DNA of 64,000 nt from Auanema rhodensis. Lineage: Eukaryota; Animalia; Nematoda. The notes under the pieces are model-generated. The model worked only from the letters and a program-made list of their open reading frames with translations, had not been told where the DNA came from and did not search any database. Within the stretch, counting starts at the first letter, position 1. Every line of letters starts with the position of its first letter. Of the stretch, positions 40,363 through 54,402 are shown piece by piece. Position numbers and translations under genes: made by a program. The stretch is taken from the NCBI GenBank assembly GCA_964057225.1, contig OZ059894.1, positions 2,046,001-2,110,000 on the forward strand, read 5' to 3'.

Positions 40363-43300
40363 AATTAATTCTTCAGGGTGAAAATCGAGGATATAAGTGT
40401 GAACTTATATCAGTTGATATCTCGGTGCATTTTTAAGCTAGCGCAAATCTGATAACACAGATCGACGCAGCTTGAAAATACGCATCGAATGCACTATACT
40501 ACTTTGAGAAACGCTTAATACAAAAATTAGTTATGATCGTTTGAAAAATGATGCATTAGTGTATGTTGAGTTTCCATGTACACTCAACATAGCTTCCAAA
40601 AACATTTTGACAAAAATTTTTTCGAAAAATTTCAAAATAATTTAGCAAAAAGTAGATGTTTTTAGATTCCTTTTTTCAAGGCAAAGACGATGGACAATGT
40701 TATTCAACAAAAAAATTAATTCTTCAGGGTGAAAATCGAGGATATAAGTGTGAACTTATCTCAGTTGATATCTCGGTGCATTTTTAAGCTAGCGCAAATC
40801 TGATAACACAGATCGACGCAGCTTGAAAATCCGCATCGAATGCACTATACTACATTGAGGAACGCTTAATACAAAAATTAGTTATGATCGTTTGAAAAAT
40901 GATGCATTAGTGTATGTTGAGTTTCCATGTACACTCAACATAGCTTCCAAAAACATTTTGACAAAAATTTTTTCGAAAAATTTCAAAATAATTTAGCAAA
41001 AAGTAGATGTTTTTAGATTCCTTTTTTTAAGGCAAAGACGATGGACAATGTTATTCAACAAAAAAATTAATTCTTCAGGGTGAAAATCGAGGATATAAGT
41101 GTGAACTTATCTCAGTTGATATCTCGGTGTATTTTTAAGCTAGCGCAAATCTGATAACACAGATCGACGCAGCTTGAAAATCCGCATCGAATGCACTATA
41201 CTACTTTGAGAAACGCTTAATACAAAAATTAGTTATGATCGTTTGAAAAATGATGCATTAGTGTATGTTGAGTTTCCATGTACACTCAACATAGCTTCCA
41301 AAAACATTTTGACAAAAATTTTTTCGAAAAATTTCAGAATAATTTAGCAAAAAGTAGATGTTTTTAGATTCCTTTTTTTAAGGCAAAGACGATGGACAAT
41401 GTTATTCAACGAAAAAATTAATTCTTCAGGGTGAAAATCGAGGATATAAGTGTGAACTTATATCAGTTGATATCTCGGTGCATTTTTAAGCTAGCGCAAA
41501 TCTGATAACACAGATCGACGCAGCTTGAAAATCCGCATCGAATGCACTATACTACATTGAGAAACGCTTAATACAAAAATTAGTTATGATCGTTTGAAAA
41601 ATGATGCATTAGTGTATGTTGAGTTTCCATGTACACTCAACATAGCTTCCAAAAACATTTTGACAAAAATTTTTTCGAAAAATTTCAGAATAATTTAGCA
41701 AAAAGTAGATGTTTTTAGATTTCTTTTCTCAAGGCAAAGACGATGGACAATGTTATTCAACGAAAAAATTAATTCTTCAGGGTGAAAATCGAGGATATAA
41801 GTGTGAACTTATATCAGTTGATATCTCGGTGCATTTTTAAGCTAGCGCAAATCTGATAACACAGATCGACGCAGCTTGAAAATCCGCATTGAATGCACTA
41901 TACTACATTGAGGAACGCTTAATACAAAAATTAGTTATGATCGTTTGAAAAATGATGCATTAGTGTATGTTGAGTTTCCATGTACACTCAACATTGCTTC
42001 CAAAAAAATTTTGACAAAAATTTTTTCGAAAAATTTCAAATTAATTTAGCAGAAAGTATATGTTTTTAGATTTCTTTTTTCAAGGCAAAGACGATGGACA
42101 ATGTTATTCAACGAAAAAATTAATTCTTCAGGGTGAAAATCGAGGATATAAGTGTGAATTTATATCAGTTGATATCTCGGTGCATTTTTAAGCTAGCGCA
42201 AATCTGATAACACAGATCGACGCAGCTTGAAAATCCGCATTGAATGCACTATACTACATTGAGGAACGCTTAATACAAAAATTAGTTATGATCGTTTGAA
42301 AAATGATGCATTAGTGTATGTTGAGTTTCCATGTACACTCAACATAGCTTCCAAAAACATTTTGACAAAAATTTTTTCGAAAAATTTCAAAATAATTTAG
42401 CAGAAAGTAGATGTTTTTAGATTCCTTTTTTTAAGGCAAAGACGATGGACAATGTTATTCAACGAAAAAATTAATTCTTCAGGGTGAAAATCGAGGATAT
42501 AAGTGTGAACTTATATCAGTTGATATCTCGGTGCATTTTTAAGCTAGCGCAAATCTGATAACACAGATCGACGCAGCTTGAAAATCCGCATCGAATGCAC
42601 TATACTACTTTGAGAAACGCTTAATACAAAAATTAGTTATGATCGTTTGAAAAATGATGCATTAGTGTATGTTGAGTTTCCATGTACACTCAACATAGCT
42701 TCCAAAAACATTTTGACAAAATTTTTTTCAAAAAATTTCAAAATAATTTAGCAGAAAGTAGATGTTTTTAGATTCCTTTTTTTAAGGCAAAGACGACGGA
42801 CAATGTTATTCAACGAAAAAATTAATTCTTCAGGGTGAAAATCGAGGATATAAGTGTGAACTTATATCAGTTGATATCTCGGTGCATTTTTAAGCTAGCG
42901 CAAATCTGATAACACAGATCGACGCAGCTTGAAAATCCGCATCGAATGCACTATACTACTTTGAGAAACGCTTAATACAAAAATTAGTTATGATCGTTTG
43001 AAAAATGATGCATTAGTGTATGTTGAGTTTCCATGTACACTCAACATTGCTTCCAAAAACATTTTGACAAAAATTTTTTCGAAAAATTTCAAATTAATTT
43101 AGCAGAAAGTATATGTTTTTAGATTCCTTTTTTCAAGGCAAAGACGATGGACAATGTTATTCAACGAAAAAATTAATTCTTCAGGGTGAAAATCGAGGAT
43201 ATAAGTGTGAATTTATATCAGTTGATATCTCGGTGCATTTTTAAGCTAGCGCAAATCTGATAACACAGATCGACGCAGCTTAAAAATCCGCATCGAATGC

Positions 43301-45276
43301 ACTATACTACATTGAGGAACGCTTAATACAAAAATTAGTTATGATCGTTTGAAAAATGATGCATTAGTGTATGTTGAGTTTCCATGTACACTCAACATAG
43401 CTTCCAAAAACATTTTGACAAAAATTTTTTCGAAAAATTTCAGAATAATTTAGCAAAAAGTAGATGTTTTTAGATTTCTTTTCTCAAGGCAAAGACGATG
43501 GACAATGTTATTCAACGAAAAAATTAATTCTTCAGGGTGAAAATCGAGGATATAAGTGTGAACTTATATCAGTTGATATCTCGGTGCATTTTTAAGCTAG
43601 CGCAAATCTGATAACACAGATCGACGCAGCTTGAAAATCCGCATCGAATGCACTATACTACTTTGAGTAACGCTTAATACAAAAATCAGTTATGATCGTT
43701 TGAAAAATGATGCATTAGTGTATGTTGAGTTTCCATGTACACTCAACATTGCTTCCAAAAACATTTTGACAAAAATTTTTTCGAAAAATTTCAAAATAAT
43801 TTAGCAAAAAGTAGATGTTTTTAGATTCCTTTTTTCAAGGCGAAGACGATGGACATTGTTATTCGACGAAAAAATTAATTCTTCAGGGTGAAAATCGAGG
43901 ATATAAGTGTGAACTTATATCAGTTGATATCTCGGTGCATTTTTAAGCTAGCGCAAATCTGATAACACAGATCGACGCAGCTTGAAAATCCGCATCGAAT
44001 GCACTATACTACATTGAGAAACGCTTAATACAAAAATTAGTTATGATCGTTTGAAAAATGATGCATTAGTGTATGTTGAGTTTCCATGTACACTCAACAT
44101 AGCTTCCAAAAACATTTTGACAAAAATTTTTTCGAAAAATTTCAAAATAATTTAGCAGAAAGTAGATGTTTTTAGATTCCTTTTTTTAAGGCAAAGACGA
44201 TGGACAATGTTATTCAACGAAAAAATTAATTCTTCAGGGTGAAAATCGAGGATATAAGTGTGAACTTATATCAGTTGATATCTCGTTGCATTTTTAAGCT
44301 AGCGCAAATCTGATAACACAGATCGACGCAGCTTGAAAATACGCATCGAATGCACTATACTACTTTGAGAAACGCTTAATACAAAAATTAGTTATGATCG
44401 TTTGAAAAATGATGCATTAGTGTATGTTGAGTTTCCATGTACACTCAACATAGCTTCCAAAAACATTTTGACAAAAATTTTTTCGAAAAATTTCAGAATA
44501 ATTTAGCAAAAAGTAGATGTTTTTAGATTTCTTTTCTCAAGGCAAAGACGATGGACAATGTTATTCAACGAAAAAATTAATTCTTCAGGGTGAAAATCGA
44601 GGATATAAGTGTGAACTTATATCAGTTGATATCTCGGTGCATTTTTAAGCTAGCGCAAATCTGATAACACAGATCGACGCAGCTTGAAAATCCGCATCGA
44701 ATGCACTATACTACTTTGAGAAACGCTTAATACAAAAATTAGTTATGATCGTTTGAAAAATGATGCATTAGTGTATGTTGAGTTTCCATGTACACTCAAC
44801 ATTGCTTCCAAAAAAATTTTGACAAAAATTTTTTCGAAAAATTTCAGAATAATTTAGCAAAAAGTAGATGTTTTTAGATTTCTTTTCTCAAGGCAAAGAC
44901 GATGGACAATGTTATTCAACGAAAAAATTAATTCTTCAGGGTGAAAATCGAGGATATAAGTGTGAACTTATATCAGTTGATATCTCGGTGCATTTTTAAG
45001 CTAGCGCAAATCTGATAACACAGATCGACGCAGCTTGAAAATCCGCATCGAATGCACTATACTACTTTGAGAAACGCTTAATACAAAAATTAGTTATGAT
45101 CGTTTGAAAAATGATGCATTAGTGTATGTTGAGTTTCCATGTACACTCAACATTGCTTCCAAAAACATTTTGACAAAAATTTTTTCGAAAAATTTCAAAA
45201 TAATTTAGCAAAAAGTAGATGTTTTTAGATTCCTTTTTTCAAGGCGAAGACGATGGACATTGTTATTCAACGAAAA

Positions 45277-48200
45277 AATTAATTCTTCAGGGTGAAAATC
45301 GAGGATATAAGTGTGAACTTATATCAGTTGATATCTCGGTGCATTTTTAAGCTAGCGCAAATCTGATAACACAGATCGACGCAGCTTGAAAATCCGCATC
45401 GAATGCACTATACTACATTGAGAAACGCTTAATACAAAAATTAGTTATGATCGTTTGAAAAATGATGCATTAGTGTATGTTGAGTTTCCATGTACACTCA
45501 ACATAGCTTCCAAAAACATTTTGACAAAAATTTTTTCGAAAAATTTCAAAATAATTTAGCAGAAAGTAGATGTTTTTAGATTCCTTTTTTTAAGGCAAAG
45601 ACGATGGACAATGTTATTCAACGAAAAAATTAATTCTTCAGGGTGAAAATCGAGGATATAAGTGTGAACTTATATCAGTTGATATCTCGGTGCATTTTTA
45701 AGCTAGCGCAAATCTGATAACACAGATCGACGCAGCTTGAAAATCCGCATCGAATGCACTATACTACATTGAGAAACGCTTAATACAAAAATTAGTTATG
45801 ATCGTTTGAAAAATGATGCATTAGTGTATGTTGAGTTTCCATGTACACTCAACATAGCTTCCAAAAACATTTTGACAAAAATTTTTTCGAAAAATTTCAA
45901 AATAATTTAGCAGAAAGTAGATGTTTTTAGATTCCTTTTTTTAAGGCAAAGACGATGGACAATGTTATTCAACGAAAAAATTAATTCTTCAGGGTGAAAA
46001 TCGAGGATATAAGTGTGAACTTATATCAGTTGATATCTCGTTGCATTTTTAAGCTAGCGCAAATCTGATAACACAGATCGACGCAGCTTGAAAATACGCA
46101 TCGAATGCACTATACTACTTTGAGAAACGCTTAATACAAAAATTAGTTATGATCGTTTGAAAAATGATGCATTAGTGTATGTTGAGTTTCCATGTACACT
46201 CAACATAGCTTCCAAAAACATTTTGACAAAAATTTTTTCGAAAAATTTCAGAATAATTTAGCAAAAAGTAGATGTTTTTAGATTTCTTTTCTCAAGGCAA
46301 AGACGATGGACAATGTTATTCAACGAAAAAATTAATTCTTCAGGGTGAAAATCGAGGATATAAGTGTGAACTTATATCAGTTGATATCTCGGTGCATTTT
46401 TAAGCTAGCGCAAATCTGATAACACAGATCGACGCAGCTTGAAAATCCGCATCGAATGCACTATACTACTTTGAGAAACGCTTAATACAAAAATTAGTTA
46501 TGATCGTTTGAAAAATGATGCATTAGTGTATGTTGAGTTTCCATGTACACTCAACATTGCTTCCAAAAAAATTTTGACAAAAATTTTTTCGAAAAATTTC
46601 AGAATAATTTAGCAAAAAGTAGATGTTTTTAGATTTCTTTTCTCAAGGCAAAGACGATGGACAATGTTATTCAACGAAAAAATTAATTCTTCAGGGTGAA
46701 AATCGAGGATATAAGTGTGAACTTATATCAGTTGATATCTCGGTGCATTTTTAAGCTAGCGCAAATCTGATAACACAGATCGACGCAGCTTGAAAATCCG
46801 CATCGAATGCACTATACTACATTGAGAAACGCTTAATAAAAAAATTAGTTATGATCGTTTGAAAAATGATGCATTAGTGTATGTTGAGTTTCCATGTACA
46901 CTTAACATTGCTTCCAAAAAAATTTTGACAAAAATTTTTTCGAAAAATTTCAGAATAATTTAGCAAAAAGTAGATGTTTTTAGATTTCTTTTCTCAAGGC
47001 AAAGACGATGGACAATGTTATTCAACGAAAAAATTAATTCTTCAGGGTGAAAATCGAGGATATAAGTGTGAACTTATATCAGTTGATATCTCGGTGCATT
47101 TTTAAGCTAGCGCAAATCTGATAACACAGATCGACGCAGCTTGAAAATCCGCATCGAATGCACTATACTACTTTGAGAAACGCTTAATACAAAAATTAGT
47201 TATGATCGTTTGAAAAATGATGCATTAGTGTATGTTGAGTTTCCATGTACACTCAACATTGCTTCCAAAAAAATTTTGACAAAAATTTTTTCGAAAAATT
47301 TCAGAATAATTTAGCAAAAAGTAGATGTTTTTAGATTTCTTTTCTCAAGGCAAAGACGATGGACAATGTTATTCAACGAAAAAATTAATTCTTCAGGGTG
47401 AAAATCGAGGATATAAGTGTGAACTTATATCAGTTGATATCTCGGTGCATTTTTAAGCTAGCGCAAATCTGATAACACAGATCGACGCAGCTTGAAAATC
47501 CGCATCGAATGCACTATACTACATTGAGAAACGCTTGATAAAAAAATTAGTTATGATCGTTTGAAAAATGATGCATTAGTGTATGTTGAGTTTCCATGTA
47601 CACTCAACATTGCTTCCAAAAAAATTTTGACAAAAATTTTTTCGAAAAATTTCAAATTAATTTAGCAGAAAGTATATGTTTTTAGATTCCTTTTTTCAAG
47701 GCGAAGACGATGGACATTGTTATTCAACGAAAAAATTAATTCTTCAGGGTGAAAATCGAGGATATAAGTGTGAACTTATATCAGTTGATATCTCGGTGCA
47801 TTTTTAAGCTAGCGCAAATCTGATAACACAGATCGACGCAGCTTGAAAATCCGCATCGAATGCACTATACTACATTGAGAAACGCTTAATACAAAAATTA
47901 GTTATGATCGTTTGAAAAATGATGCATTAGTGTATGTTGAGTTTCCATGTACACTCAACATAGCTTCCAAAAACATTTTGACAAAAATTTTTTCGAAAAA
48001 TTTCAAAATAATTTAGCAGAAAGTAGATGTTTTTAGATTCCTTTTTTTAAGGCAAAGACGATGGACAATGTTATTCAACGAAAAAATTAATTCTTCAGGG
48101 TGAAAATCGAGGATATAAGTGTGAACTTATATCAGTTGATATCTCGGTGCATTTTTAAGCTAGCGCAAATCTGATAACACAGATCGACGCAGCTTGAAAA

Positions 48201-50190
48201 TCCGCATCGAATGCACTATACTACATTGAGAAACGCTTAATACAAAAATTAGTTATGATCGTTTGAAAAATGATGCATTAGTGTATGTTGAGTTTCCATG
48301 TACACTCAACATAGCTTCCAAAAACATTTTGACAAAAATTTTTTCGAAAAATTTCAAAATAATTTAGCAGAAAGTAGATGTTTTTAGATTCCTTTTTTTA
48401 AGGCAAAGACGATGGACAATGTTATTCAACGAAAAAATTAATTCTTCAGGGTGAAAATCGAGGATATAAGTGTGAACTTATATCAGTTGATATCTCGTTG
48501 CATTTTTAAGCTAGCGCAAATCTGATAACACAGATCGACGCAGCTTGAAAATACGCATCGAATGCACTATACTACTTTGAGAAACGCTTAATACAAAAAT
48601 TAGTTATGATCGTTTGAAAAATGATGCATTAGTGTATGTTGAGTTTCCATGTACACTCAACATAGCTTCCAAAAACATTTTGACAAAAATTTTTTCGAAA
48701 AATTTCAGAATAATTTAGCAAAAAGTAGATGTTTTTAGATTTCTTTTCTCAAGGCAAAGACGATGGACAATGTTATTCAACGAAAAAATTAATTCTTCAG
48801 GGTGAAAATCGAGGATATAAGTGTGAACTTATATCAGTTGATATCTCGGTGCATTTTTAAGCTAGCGCAAATCTGATAACACAGATCGACGCAGCTTGAA
48901 AATCCGCATCGAATGCACTATACTACTTTGAGAAACGCTTAATACAAAAATTAGTTATGATCGTTTGAAAAATGATGCATTAGTGTATGTTGAGTTTCCA
49001 TGTACACTCAACATTGCTTCCAAAAAAATTTTGACAAAAATTTTTTCGAAAAATTTCAGAATAATTTAGCAAAAAGTAGATGTTTTTAGATTTCTTTTCT
49101 CAAGGCAAAGACGATGGACAATGTTATTCAACGAAAAAATTAATTCTTCAGGGTGAAAATCGAGGATATAAGTGTGAACTTATATCAGTTGATATCTCGG
49201 TGCATTTTTAAGCTAGCGCAAATCTGATAACACAGATCGACGCAGCTTGAAAATCCGCATCGAATGCACTATACTACATTGAGAAACGCTTAATAAAAAA
49301 ATTAGTTATGATCGTTTGAAAAATGATGCATTAGTGTATGTTGAGTTTCCATGTACACTTAACATTGCTTCCAAAAAAATTTTGACAAAAATTTTTTCGA
49401 AAAATTTCAGAATAATTTAGCAAAAAGTAGATGTTTTTAGATTTCTTTTCTCAAGGCAAAGACGATGGACAATGTTATTCAACGAAAAAATTAATTCTTC
49501 AGGGTGAAAATCGAGGATATAAGTGTGAACTTATATCAGTTGATATCTCGGTGCATTTTTAAGCTAGCGCAAATCTGATAACACAGATCGACGCAGCTTG
49601 AAAATCCGCATCGAATGCACTATACTACTTTGAGAAACGCTTAATACAAAAATTAGTTATGATCGTTTGAAAAATGATGCATTAGTGTATGTTGAGTTTC
49701 CATGTACACTCAACATTGCTTCCAAAAAAATTTTGACAAAAATTTTTTCGAAAAATTTCAGAATAATTTAGCAAAAAGTAGATGTTTTTAGATTTCTTTT
49801 CTCAAGGCAAAGACGATGGACAATGTTATTCAACGAAAAAATTAATTCTTCAGGGTGAAAATCGAGGATATAAGTGTGAACTTATATCAGTTGATATCTC
49901 GGTGCATTTTTAAGCTAGCGCAAATCTGATAACACAGATCGACGCAGCTTGAAAATCCGCATCGAATGCACTATACTACATTGAGAAACGCTTGATAAAA
50001 AAATTAGTTATGATCGTTTGAAAAATGATGCATTAGTGTATGTTGAGTTTCCATGTACACTCAACATTGCTTCCAAAAAAATTTTGACAAAAATTTTTTC
50101 GAAAAATTTCAAATTAATTTAGCAGAAAGTATATGTTTTTAGATTCCTTTTTTCAAGGCGAAGACGATGGACATTGTTATTCAACGAAAA
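45277..50190. repeat. Tandem 7-monomer (2457-bp) duplication
   Basis: Rare markers CACTTAAC (C223T) at 46903 and 49360, GCTTGATAAAA at 47537 and 49994, and CTCGTTGC at 46041 and 48498; each pair is 2457 bp apart. Confidence 0.9.
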
Positions 50191-53100
50191 AATTAATTCT
50201 TCAGGGTGAAAATCGAGGATATAAGTGTGAACTTATATCAGTTGATATCTCGGTGCATTTTTAAGCTAGCGCAAATCTGATAACACAGATCGACGCAGCT
50301 TGAAAATCCGCATCGAATGCACTATACTACATTGAGAAACGCTTAATACAAAAATTAGTTATGATCGTTTGAAAAATGATGCATTAGTGTATGTTGAGTT
50401 TCCATGTACACTCAACATAGCTTCCAAAAACATTTTGACAAAAATTTTTTCGAAAAATTTCAAAATAATTTAGCAGAAAGTAGATGTTTTTAGATTCCTT
50501 TTTTTAAGGCAAAGACGATGGACAATGTTATTCAACGAAAAAATTAATTCTTCAGGGTGAAAATCGAGGATATAAGTGTGAACTTATATCAGTTGATATC
50601 TCGGTGCATTTTTAAGCTAGCGCAAATCTGATAACACAGATCGACGCAGCTTGAAAATCCGCATCGAATGCACTATACTACTTTGAGAAACGCTTAATAC
50701 AAAAATTAGTTATGATCGTTTGAAAAATGATGCATTAGTGTATGTTGAGTTTCCATGTACACTCAACATAGCTTCCAAAAACATTTTGACAAAATTTTTT
50801 TCAAAAAATTTCAAAATAATTTAGCAGAAAGTAGATGTTTTTAGATTCCTTTTTTTAAGGCAAAGACGACGGACAATGTTATTCAACGAAAAAATTAATT
50901 CTTCAGGGTGAAAATCGAGGATATAAGTGTGAACTTATATCAGTTGATATCTCGGTGCATTTTTAAGCTAGCGCAAATCTGATAACACAGATCGACGCAG
51001 CTTGAAAATCCGCATCGAATGCACTATACTACTTTGAGAAACGCTTAATACAAAAATTAGTTATGATCGTTTGAAAAATGATGCATTAGTGTATGTTGAG
51101 TTTCCATGTACACTCAACATTGCTTCCAAAAACATTTTGACAAAAATTTTTTCGAAAAATTTCAAATTAATTTAGCAGAAAGTATATGTTTTTAGATTCC
51201 TTTTTTCAAGGCAAAGACGATGGACAATGTTATTCAACGAAAAAATTAATTCTTCAGGGTGAAAATCGAGGATATAAGTGTGAATTTATATCAGTTGATA
51301 TCTCGGTGCATTTTTAAGCTAGCGCAAATCTGATAACACAGATCGACGCAGCTTAAAAATCCGCATCGAATGCACTATACTACATTGAGGAACGCTTAAT
51401 ACAAAAATTAGTTATGATCGTTTGAAAAATGATGCATTAGTGTATGTTGAGTTTCCATGTACACTCAACATAGCTTCCAAAAACATTTTGACAAAAATTT
51501 TTTCGAAAAATTTCAGAATAATTTAGCAAAAAGTAGATGTTTTTAGATTTCTTTTCTCAAGGCAAAGACGATGGACAATGTTATTCAACGAAAAAATTAA
51601 TTCTTCAGGGTGAAAATCGAGGATATAAGTGTGAACTTATATCAGTTGATATCTCGGTGCATTTTTAAGCTAGCGCAAATCTGATAACACAGATCGACGC
51701 AGCTTGAAAATCCGCATCGAATGCACTATACTACTTTGAGAAACGCTTAATACAAAAATCAGTTATGATCGTTTGAAAAATGATGCATTAGTGTATGTTG
51801 AGTTTCCATGTACACTCAACATTGCTTCCAAAAACATTTTGACAAAAATTTTTTCGAAAAATTTCAAAATAATTTAGCAAAAAGTAGATGTTTTTAGATT
51901 CCTTTTTTCAAGGCGAAGACGATGGACATTGTTATTCAACGAAAAAATTAATTCTTCAGGGTGAAAATCGAGGATATAAGTGTGAACTTATATCAGTTGA
52001 TATCTCGGTGCATTTTTAAGCTAGCGCAAATCTGATAACACAGATCGACGCAGCTTGAAAATCCGCATCGAATGCACTATACTACTTTGAGAAACGCTTA
52101 ATACAAAAATTAGTTATGATCGTTTGAAAAATGATGCATTAGTGTATGTTGAGTTTCCATGTACACTCAACATTGCTTCCCAAAAAATTTTGACAAAAAT
52201 TTTTTCGAAAAATTTCAAATTAATTTAGCAGAAAGTATATGTTTTTAGATTTCTTTTTTCAAGGCAAAGACGATGGACAATGTTATTCAACGAAAAAATT
52301 AATTCTTCAGGGTGAAAATCGAGGATATAAGTGTGAATTTATATCAATTGATATCTCGGTGCATTTTTAAGCTAGCGCAAATCTGATAACACAGATCGAC
52401 GCAGCTTAAAAATCCGCATCGAATGCACTATACTACATTGAGGAACGCTTAATACAAAAATTAGTTATGATCGTTTGAAAAATGATGCATTAGTGTATGT
52501 TGAGTTTCCATGTACACTCAACATAGCTTCCAAAAACATTTTGACAAAAATTTTTTCGAAAAATTTCAGAATAATTTAGCAAAAAGTAGATGTTTTTAGA
52601 TTTCTTTTCTCAAGGCAAAGACGATGGACAATGTTATTCAACGAAAAAATTAATTCTTCAGGGTGAAAATCGAGGATATAAGTGTGAACTTATATCAGTT
52701 GATATCTCGGTGCATTTTTAAGCTAGCGCAAATCTGATAACACAGATCGACGCAGCTTGAAAATCCGCATCGAATGCACTATACTACTTTGAGAAACGCT
52801 TAATACAAAAATCAGTTATGATCGTTTGAAAAATGATGCATTAGTGTATGTTGAGTTTCCATGTACACTCAACATTGCTTCCAAAAACATTTTGACAAAA
52901 ATTTTTTCGAAAAATTTCAAAATAATTTAGCAAAAAGTAGATGTTTTTAGATTCCTTTTTTCAAGGCGAAGACGATGGACATTGTTATTCAACGAAAAAA
53001 TTAATTCTTCAGGGTGAAAATCGAGGATATAAGTGTGAACTTATATCAGTTGATATCTCGGTGCATTTTTAAGCTAGCGCAAATCTGATAACACAGATCG

Positions 53101-54402
53101 ACGCAGCTTGAAAATCCGCATCGAATGCACTATACTACTTTGAGAAACGCTTAATACAAAAATTAGTTATGATCGTTTGAAAAATGATGCATTAGTGTAT
53201 GTTGAGTTTCCATGTACACTCAACATTGCTTCCAAAAAAATTTTGACAAAAATTTTTTCGAAAAATTTCAAATTAATTTAGCAGAAAGTATATGTTTTTA
53301 GATTTCTTTTTTCAAGGCAAAGACGATGGACAATGTTATTCAACGAAAAAATTAATTCTTCAGGGTGAAAATCGAGGATATAAGTGTGAATTTATATCAG
53401 TTGATATCTCGGTGCATTTTTAAGCTAGCGCAAATCTGATAACACAGATCGACGCAGCTTGAAAATCCGCATTGAATGCACTATACTACATTGAGGAACG
53501 CTTAATACAAAAATTAGTTATGATCGTTTGAAAAATGATGCATTAGTGTATGTTGAGTTTCCATGTACACTCAACATAGCTTCCAAAAACATTTTGACAA
53601 AAATTTTTTCGAAAAATTTCAAAATAATTTAGCAGAAAGTAGATGTTTTTAGATTCCTTTTTTTAAGGCAAAGACGATGGACAATGTTATTCAACGAAAA
53701 AATTAATTCTTCAGGGTGAAAATCGAGGATATAAGTGTAAACTTATATCAGTTGATATCTCGGTGCATTTTTAAGCTAGCGCAAATCTGATAACACAGAT
53801 CGACGCAGCTTGAAAATCCGCATCGAATGCACTATACTACATTGAGAAACGCTTAATAAAAAAATTAGTTATGATCGTTTGAAAAATGATGCATTAGTGT
53901 ATGTTGAGTTTCCATGTACACTCAACATAGCTTCCAAAAACATTTTGACAAAAATTTTTTCGAAAAATTTCAGAATAATTTAGCAAAAAGTAGATGTTTT
54001 TAGATTTCTTTTCTCAAGGCAAAGACGATGGACAATGTTATTCAACGAAAAAATTAATTCTTCAGGGTGAAAATCGAGGATATAAGTGTGAACTTATATC
54101 AGTTGATATCTCGGTGCATTTTTAAGCTAGCGCAAATCTGATAACACAGATCGACGCAGCTTGAAAATCCGCATCGAATGCACTATACTACTTTGAGAAA
54201 CGCTTAATACAAAAATTAGTTATGATCGTTTGAAAAATGATGCATTAGTGTATGTTGAGTTTCCATGTACACTCAACATTGCTTCCAAAAAAATTTTGAC
54301 AAAAATTTTTTCGAAAAATTTCAGAATAATTTAGCAAAAAGTAGATGTTTTTAGATTTCTTTTCTCAAGGCAAAGACGATGGACAATGTTATTCAACGAA
54401 AA

